Source: Jimgerdemannia flammicorona (lineage: Eukaryota). Taken from it: 59,824 nt of DNA. Position numbers and translations under genes: made by a program. The stretch lies in contig RBNJ01000017.1 of assembly GCA_003990765.1 (NCBI GenBank), positions 1 to 59,824 of the forward strand. The letters are read 5' to 3'. Each line of letters begins with the position of its first letter. Position 1 is the stretch's first letter. The notes under the pieces were generated by a model, which was given only the letters and a program-made list of their open reading frames with translations, did no database searches and was not told the origin of the DNA. Below are positions 51,666 through 59,824 of this stretch, one piece after another.

Positions 51666-53034
51666 ATGCCGACGACGGAAAAATACCTAATTCTTGCCTG
51701 CAACGCCGGCTCCTCTAGCCTCAAGTTCAAACTCTTCAATCCCACCAACGACTCCCTCTCCCTGCTAGCCCAAGGCAATTGCGCCGAGATTGGCACCCAC
51801 TCCCCCCACTTCACCTGCCACGTTCTCTCCCCCGACAACAACGTCGATCGCGACGAGCTCACCCTAACCACCCACGAGGCCAGCTTCTCGTACCTCCTCA
51901 GCCACCTGACCACCGTCCTCGCCGATCACGCAGCCATCCGCATTGTCGCCCACCGTGTTGTTCACGGCGCATCCAAGTTCCGCGAGCCCACCCGCATCAC
52001 CAATGACACCCTCGAGCAGCTCGACGCGCTGGGCGATTTAGCACCGCTGCACAATCACCGATCCGTTGTCGTGATGCGCGAGTGTTTGCGCGTTCTGCCG
52101 AAAGCGCGGAACATTGCATTTTTCGATACCATGTTCCACACTACGATCCCGGAGCATGTGTACACGTATCCGTTGCCGAATAAGGTCGCTAAAGAGAAGG
52201 GTATACGCAAGTTTGGATTTCATGGGTTATCGCATGGATTTGTGGCGAAAAAGGCGGCCGAGTTCTTGGGCGGGAGGGTTGAGGATTTCATGTTCATCAC
52301 GATACATTTAGGTGCTGGGTCGAGTGCGTGTGCGATTAAGCACGGGAAAAGCTACGATACTAGCATGGGATTGACGCCCCTGGCAGGTAATTTTGAAATA
52401 TCGTGTTTTTATATTATTCAATTGATTTTCCTCTTCTTTTGGCTGGTTGCCCTTCTCTATCAAATTTTAACAAACTCGCATTATTTCCCTTCAAGGTCTC
52501 CCCGGTGGCACCCGCTCCGGTGACATCGACCCGACAGCTGTCTTTCACTTCCTCCCTTCTCCCTCGTCCCCCTCCCCTAGCGGTCTCACACACGCCGAGG
52601 AAGTTCTAAACCACGATTCAGGCCTTCTAGGGATCTGCGGCACATCCAACGTCCGCGAGATCGTCGACCAGATGCGTCCCCGCAGCTCCGTATCGGACGA
52701 TGCCCGGCACCGCGCCCAGCTCGCCTTTGACCTGTTTGTCAACCGGATCCAAAACTTTGTGGGCGCGTACCTGGTCGCGCTCGAGGGCGCCGACGCCGTC
52801 ATCTTCGCGGGCGGGATTGGCGAAAATTGCCCCGAGATCAGGGAGGCAGTGTGCAGGAAACTGGCATGGGTCGGTGCCGGGATCGAGCCCGGGAGGAATG
52901 AGAGGGCTAAAGAAAAGCTAGATAAAAATGGTGTGGTTGATGTGGGGGTGGAGGGAAATAAGATTAGAGTGTTGGTGGTGAAGACAGATGAGGAGAGGGA
53001 GATGGCAGAGGTAATCGCGGGAAAGGGATTGTGA
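51666..53034 (+). CDS. ackA: Acetate kinase, 419 aa; exons 51666-52386 and 52496-53034
   Basis: NAGSSSLK, AHRVVHG, APLHN, FDTMFH, RKFGFHGLSH, HLGAGSS, SMGLTPLAG|LPGGTRSGDIDP, FAGGIGEN, TDEE; a 109-nt GT..AG intron restores the frame. Confidence 0.97.
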
Positions 53035-53514
53035 GGTTGGAGTGGGACATGTTTGATTGTGTTAGAGAGGGGAATTAAGGGAATTGGAACGGTTTTAAAT
53101 TCTCTTGTTCGTTTACATGTGTTCCGGTGATAGATTCGTACTTTCCGGAATCATTACATTTGAAGATTATGAGTGCCCCAACCATTGCGAATCCATTGAC
53201 TCTAGCACAAATGGACAGGAAGAGTAAGAATGTAATAGATGAAGCTCGTCATAATAGAATATGGGTATATAATGTAACGGTGACCCCAGAATGATGACAT
53301 CAGCACCGGAGACAGCCTTTCCTTGCAAGCCACCAGATCGGAGCACAAGAAGATCATATAGCATACGAGATGAGCAATGATGACCAACTGTGAGTCATTG
53401 TGATCACAGCACAAGCATCCTGAAGAATATAAAAGAAGGATCAAGGAACCACAGTAGCAGCAACCAACAAGAACCACCAATTCCAAAATAGCTTAAAGAC
53501 TTACCACAAATGAA

Positions 53515-54348
53515 ATGTCTGCTGCCCATCAAACCTCAAGGTCAAAGAATCACCAAGGTATCTCGGTCAAGGAAAGAATGTTCCAAGACATCAGAAGAGC
53601 CATGAGGACCCACTCAAGAAGGACTCCTAGTGTCAACCTGAGTACTGCAGACCCTTATCACTTTATTCTCTACCACTGTGAAATGGAAATAAGGATCACT
53701 ATTGCTATCAAATGCCTCCAAATATGGCAGGAGTATAAAATAGGAAACCTCCTCTGCTGGGAGTTCCCACAAGCCAGCATCCAAGAGCTACAAGATGCCA
53801 CTCCCATGGATATATGCAAAACAAGGACAGCTAAGAAGATCTATCAGATCTTCAGGCATGTATCATGGTCGATCCCCAACTTGGAGTATGTTAGAGTCTC
53901 AGACTTCAGAGATCTATCATCCCACCATATCAATGCACTAGAAGCCAGGGTGGCTACAGAAGCCCAATCCACTATCACCCTCAACAGTAAAGAAGTAGAA
54001 GACTTCTGGCACTCTATCTTTCAGGACAACCCAGACCAATTCCTGTAAGGATTGATCTCAGTATTCCAAGGCCCAAGCATCCAGATTAGACCTCCCCAAG
54101 ACCCCATATTTGTTTCCTATTTTGTGGAAGAGAACCTCATAGACTGGAGAGCTCCAGATCTTGTTCCTGATTTTCCCACCACAGCCAAATGTGATGATGT
54201 CATCGGCGATGACATCATCCCACATGACATTGACATATATGAGACACATAACGAAGCATACAAAAATGACAAATTCACAGATCTCATCTCCTTTAGTGAT
54301 GATGATGACAAGGATGAAGCTTCTATGGTCCTGAACTTTCTGCTCTAA
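53515..54348 (+). pseudogene. LTR (U3)-encoded accessory ORF, 277 codons, with one premature TAA at 54046-54048
   Basis: ORFs 53515-54048 and 54052-54348 share a frame; the copy at ~20220 reads QFLQGLIS (CAA) across the stop; the terminal ...LL* is conserved in the full LTR copies. Confidence 0.85.
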
Positions 54349-54360
54349 GTTCTGTATTAC

Positions 54361-54450
54361 ACTAAATAATACCAGCACTGGTATTTTGATATTATACTAA
54401 ATAATGCCAGCACTGGTATTTTGATGTAACACTAAATAATGCCAGTATTC
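54361..54450 (+). repeat. 35-bp tandem repeat (~2.5 units) in U3
   Basis: actaaataatRccag starts at 54361, 54396 and 54431. Confidence 0.85.
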
Positions 54451-54791
54451 TGAACCTGTACAACCATCAGTACCGACTCTGGAACTTAGTAGTTTTAGTT
54501 ATTAGAATTTATATTTAGCTTTATATCTTAGCAACCATTGAATTGTATTTTGTATAAATACCCCTCTTATTTTCTCTAAAATAAAGTCAGTCTTCTCAGT
54601 ACAATATACATACTTTCTTGCAAGCAATCTAAGAGATAATAAGACAGTTTAAAGATAAGAAGTTTGAGGATTATAAGACCTTGGGAAGGCACTCTAATAA
54701 GAACTTGCTTATAACAACTTAAGTTAGTCTAAGAGATACACCTTGAAAAGAATCTGGTATATTTGAAGGACTTAGCGACCACTATGTAACA

Positions 54792-54810
54792 ACTTGGTGC
54801 CCATTGGCTG
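54792..54810 (+). promoter_or_regulatory. Putative primer-binding site
   Basis: ACTTGGTGCCCATTGGCTG directly after the LTR end, containing TGG; conserved after the other two 5' LTRs and absent after 3' LTRs. Cognate tRNA not identified. Confidence 0.7.
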
Positions 54811-57004
54811 ATGATTCAAGACAAATCCCTCACTTTCAAGCTGAAAAACGAACAACTCCCACAATAACTACTCTGACTACAAGAGTCACCCCTGCAAGAA
54901 TTTAAGATAAGATGGAAATGCATCCCCCCACATTCTATGGATATACTACTGAAGAGTCAATTCTGACTTTTATTGAAAACTTTGAACAATATACCACCAT
55001 ATGAGCCCTTGGTGTAGATGCTCAATTGGCCCTTCTACCAGTCAGCCTCAGAGGACCTGCCAGTGACAAGTTTAATGCAGCCACCATTGCTAGTGCTGAT
55101 GCAGTCAAACTTACCAACATGAAGACCTTTCTCAGAACAACATATTATACCAAAGAGATCAAGCAAGCTCTCAAGGATCAACTCAATACTATCTGCCAGG
55201 GACTTAGTGAAGATTCCAACTCATTCTATATCTGAATCTATCACCAGATTGTCTTGGCTAGCTATGATGATGCCCTTAAGGAACAAATAGCAGATTCAAC
55301 CTTCCTCAAAGGAGTTTACCCTGAAATTGCCCTAGCAATCCAGTCTACCCCAGCTGCACTGACCCTTGATCAGAAAGTGGTCTTTGCATAGAGATATTGG
55401 ACTGCCAGACACCCTGCCAAACACTCAATGGAGAAAATAACTAGCATCAAGATGGAGCCATCAAAGCCAACTAGTATCTTATCTGCCATAGTTGTAAACA
55501 GACAACCAACCCCACCTACTCTCAAGATAGCCAAAGCTGACCCAGTGGAAGAACTTGCCAAGCAGTTTGCCAAGATGACTGCATACCTCGGTGATGTTGT
55601 TAGAGAAGTCCAAAGTGCCAACAGGAGACCAGTGCAGAGATTTGCAGCTACTACAGAAGAATGCAATATCACATGCTTCAGATGTAGAGAAGAAGGCCAT
55701 TATGCAAAGAGTTGCATGACCAAAACGAGATGCAAAGCCCAACCAAGCAATGCTAGCAGAACTAGAGAACAAACCAATGCAGTAGTCATCAAGGAGATCA
55801 GTGATACTGATGATGAAGAATACTACAAGGAGCTTGAATTCTACCCTGCTACTGAAGGTACCAGAACCTGGTCCAAGCCCTATGACAAGAAGAGCAACAG
55901 CAAGCCAGTTGGAAGACCAAAGAAGACTCCAGCTGTCACTATTCAAAGCAAGACCCAATCTAAGAAGATTGATCAAGATATGGAATTAGACGAAGCTGCC
56001 CACCAAATTATCGAAGACACTACTCCAGTCTCAGGAGAAAGTGAGAGCAAGAAGGAACAGAAGCTGTGCAAGACCAAGATCCACTAGTATGATATTTACA
56101 AGGATCTCAAGGAACAGAAGGTCAATGCCACTTTTGGGCAGCTAGCTGAAGTCTCTGCCTTTAGATAGCAGTTGAGAGTAGGACTTGCAACTATTGCCAA
56201 GAATTAAGAGTACAAGATTGTAGAAGCTTACAATGCACAAGAAGAATCTGAGAACTCAGGTAAAGAATCTGAAGACCAGCGCAAGATATCAGCCTATACC
56301 CCCTGCTAGATTGAAGACTATATCTTTGATGCCATTATTGATACTAGTGCTGGAGGATGTCTCATGAGCAAGAAGGCAATTGACCACCTAGGTTGGAACA
56401 TTGAAGAATCCACCAAGATGGTCTATGTCACAGCAGATGGTATATGAGCTATCCCCCTTGGCAAAATTCGAGAAGTCCCCATCAAGATAGGAGGAGCTAC
56501 CATCCCAGTAGATATGATTGTTACAAGCACTACCAACTATGACATCCTCATTGGCAGCCAATGGCTTCACAAGACCAAGGTCATCATTGATCTCAATGTC
56601 CAGAAGATGCAGATCAACTACAGAGGAAGAAAGGTATGAGTTTCTATCAATGTCCACAAAGGAGTCCTGCCAGACATAGAGGAAGGAGATAAAGAAGACA
56701 CAGAGGTCTTCATGCACTTGGTGAACAAGAACAAGAACAAGACACCCAAGCTCACAGATGAGCAGTGGTATAACAAGATCATCAATAGATATGCCCCTCA
56801 AGGAAGATGCCCCCATGGTACTAGAATATACTGCTCCAAACACCTGAATGACTGCTGGTTCTGTATCAGTGAAGTCAGGAAAATCTACCAACAGAAACAC
56901 AAGCAAGAAGCTGCTGAAGCAAAAAGGAAAGCTGAAGAAGATGACCAGCCCCCAGAGCTTCAAGCTGACAGTGACGATGAGGAGGAACAAGAATCAGATA
57001 TTAC

Positions 57005-57418
57005 TCTCAAGGTCAAGAAGTTTTACCCTGAAGCCAAGATCCCAGAATACAAGACTGAAGGAGCCATAGAAATGGACCTTGCCAGCATCCAAGATGCTAC
57101 CCTCGAACCACAGACCACCACCCTACTTGGCACTGGAATTGGAGTCAAGTTGCCAGAAAACCATGCTGGAATTATCAAGACCAGGAGCAGTCTGGCCAAA
57201 AGCGAAATCTCAGTTGAAGGAGGAGTAATTGACCCTGATTACACTGGCGAGATTTTTCTCATAGTCAGAAATCACAACCACACCACCCCCTTTGAAGTCA
57301 AGAAGCATGACAGGATTGGCCAGATGCTGATCCACGAAATCAAGAAGCCCAAGATCATAGAAGCCACTGAACTTATCAAGACCAAGAGAGGAGAACAAGG
57401 CTTTGGATCTACTGGAAG
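57005..57418 (+). CDS. dut: Open trimeric dUTPase domain of family A pol (decayed copies at ~6770-7190 and ~41450-41880)
   Basis: All five motif regions: EMDL (motif 1 altered), KTRSSLA, GGVIDPDYTGEI, DRIGQML, RGEQGFGSTG. Confidence 0.95.
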
Positions 57419-58644
57419 AGGAGTCTATACTACCACCAAGATTACTGAACTTGAGCATAAGAAAGACAAGGACCAGAACAAGTACACATATACCATTAGA
57501 GAAACTTTCCCCTGGAGGAACAACTTCTCAAGATCCTGTACCAGAATGAAGGAGTACTTGCTACAGACTTTAGGGATATCCACAATCAAGAACCCAAGTA
57601 CTATCACAAAGTTGACACTGGTGATACCAAGCCTATCTATCATAAAGCCAGACCCATACCACCTGCCTACAGAGAGTGGCTGTGAGCCGAACTCAAGGAA
57701 ATGGAAGAAGCCGGAATCATCAAGCAAGCTATCAGCCCCTGGGCCTCACCCATTGTCTTTGCTCCAAAGAAAGGAAGCAATTCTGGAGAGTTTGTACCAA
57801 GACTCTGCATTGACTACAGGAAACTCAATGCCATCACCAAGAAGGATAGGCAGCCCTTGCCGAATATTCAAGAAATCCTTACCACCCTTGGAAGTGAAGC
57901 CAAATACTACACCACCTTAGATCTGTTCTCAGACTTCCATCAGATCAGTCTCACTCAAGATGCCAGTGAGAAATCAGCCTTCATCACACCTGATGCTACC
58001 TATATCTATCTGCGAATGGTATTTGGAATGTGCAATGCCCCAGCAAGTTTCCAGTAAATAATGAATAGAGTCTTCAGCAATGAGATTGGAAAATAGCTCT
58101 TTGTCTATATTGATGATGTGATCATCTTCAGCAACACTGCTTGGGAACATATCAATCACATACAGCTAGCCCTCAAGAGGCTCAAGGAGTATGGCCTCTA
58201 CATCAAGCCCAAGAAATGCAAGTTTGTAGCTCAATAAATCACCTACCTAGGACACCTCATCAACCAGACTAGAATCCACACAGACCTCATGAAGATCGAG
58301 GCTGTTGTAGCCTACCCAAGACCCAGAATAACTACAGAAGTCCACACCTTCCTTGGACTGTCCAGCTACTACAGAAGATTCATCAAAGGATACTCTAACA
58401 TTGCAGCACCTATCTACGAGCTACTGAAGAAGGAGATTAAATTCGAATGGACCAAGGAGTACCAAGAAACCTTCAATGAACTTAAGACCAGATTGACCCA
58501 AGCATCCATCCTCAGAAGACCAGACTGGAACCTAGAATTCATCCTGCAGACAGATGCAAGTGCTATAGGACTTGGAGCAGTTCTAGCTCAGAAGAAAAAT
58601 GGACATGAATATGTCATCTCCTATGCAAGCTGAGATATCTACAG

Positions 58645-59824
58645 TGCCAGCTCCTTTCTCCACTACCTTACCAGTCATAAGATTTGGTAGGTGACCTTCT
58701 GTGTCCCCTTTCCTCTATTATTACCCCCTCTACCTCGGGTTGGTTTGCTGTGCCTACAGGGGTATGGTGGGAGGAGGGCAATGGTGATGAGTTGCCCCTT
58801 TATTGGTATTGGATTGGTGCTTTCTCCACTTTTTCACAGATTCTGGTGCCTTTGGCTGTGTCTGGGGTATACCTGTTTTGGTGTGGTGCCTTTTTCCTTT
58901 TGCCGTCACCAACAAGGTGTTGTCTCGGTATATCTCAGGCTACGTAGGGAGTTGGCTGACCTTGGGCATCAAGTTCTCAGTGTAAGTTACCTGCAGGTCC
59001 TTGGTGTCTGTAGTGGGGCCCTCTGGCTTTGGCGAGCTTCCCGAAGAGCATGGTTCTGGCATAGGTGACTGCTTTTCAGGTGTTATCAGGATGGGAGGGG
59101 AGATGGCCATCACAGATAGGCGAAAGGGCAATAATGATGGACCAGTAGGGTACCAGACTGGGGGCAGTCATCGGGGCTGGGGCAGGTGCTGCTTCGGTGG
59201 GACCTTTTGATTGGTGCGGCATAGTTAGGTAGTAGGTGTCACTATCGGCTTCTTTTGGTGGTCAGCAGGGTTGGGCCCCAGTCATCAGGGGGGGTCAGGA
59301 GGCCCGAGGCTACCCATTTCAGGCATCTTGGCTGCACTCAACTGGAACCAGGAGCTGATATAGCAATGTAATCAAGGCCTGTAGGCTTGAGTAGTGGGGT
59401 ATTGGGGGTTTCCTCCTGCCTCACATGTAAGTCCTTTACTCACCTCAACTGGGAGAACCAGGTCCTACCCACTGTGTTGTGCTTTGATAAGGGTTTTTTA
59501 TTTACCTGTCATTCCCTTTGGAGTGGCAGGGGCTATTCTATTCGGCTCAGGCATGGCCTTGTACATACATTGGGTTCTCGGGCATGTGCTTTCAGTCATT
59601 GGCATATGGTTGGGTTTCCCCTGGTGGTAGGGAGAGCATGGTGCATAGAATGAGGTGTGGGCCAACATAGGCCCTGCCGTGCCTGGTATGGTTGAGCTGC
59701 TGGACAATAGCTAGCCTAGGTTAATGAGGGGGTAGTGCTTAGTGGGTGGTGGGGGAGGGTTTTGGCCTATATAGTCTAGGTTCCCTTCCAATAAAAATCC
59801 ACAGGACATGAGTCCGTTAAAAAA
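58645..59824 (+). mobile_element. ~1.2 kb non-autonomous poly(A) retroelement, copy 2 (tail at the window edge)
   Basis: Gypsy RNase H similarity stops at 58644; collinear with the reverse complement of 20630-21822; AATAAA near 59790, then the A-tail begins. Confidence 0.87.

Larger units (their letters stand above)
53273..54791 (+). repeat. 5' LTR of family A element 3 (1519 bp)
   Basis: TGTAAC...TGTAACA; TATAAATA 54553-54560; AATAAA 54580-54585. Confidence 0.93.
53273..58644 (+). mobile_element. Gypsy family A element 3 (least decayed): 5' LTR, gag, protease, Cys/His module, dUTPase, RT, RNase H start; interrupted at 58645
   Basis: CCHC knuckle CFRCREEGHYAKSC; protease IIDTSAG ~56335; SPWASP, RLCIDYRKLN, YIDD, QTDAS; scattered stops and a frameshift. 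Confidence 0.96.

Noticed and set aside
51666-53034. Bacterial contamination or endosymbiont origin of the ackA/satP-like pair
   Set aside because: Both genes have spliceosomal GT..AG introns and are contiguous with eukaryotic retroelements.
58691-59707. Protein-coding ORFs in the 1.2-kb element
   Set aside because: Short overlapping ORFs on both strands, no recognisable motif, and not kept open in the other copy.

Overview
Eukaryotic, very probably fungal, DNA; an early-diverging Mucoromycota-like genome is my inference. About 85% of the window is nested, CpG-depleted, transition-decayed retroelement sequence. It holds three Ty3/Gypsy families. Family A has ~1.5-1.6 kb LTRs (three elements plus an LTR fragment), family B has a ~390 bp LTR, and family C is a 2.08 kb solo LTR. 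It also holds L1-clade LINEs (two full-length with TSDs), two copies of a ~1.2 kb poly(A)-tailed non-autonomous element, and a palindromic hAT-type MITE. A CpG-normal host island at ~47.2-53.3 kb carries two intron-containing, co-oriented genes, a GPR1/FUN34/YaaH (Ady2/SatP) acetate channel and acetate kinase. Main result: all three Gypsy families carry what appears to be the same unrecognised accessory protein. In family B it lies between integrase and the PPT; in A and C it lies entirely inside the LTR U3. Families A and B also have a Cys/His module plus a dUTPase between protease and RT. A ~10.4 kb inversion splits one family A element exactly between two RT codons. Alignments were done by eye; no database searches were run.
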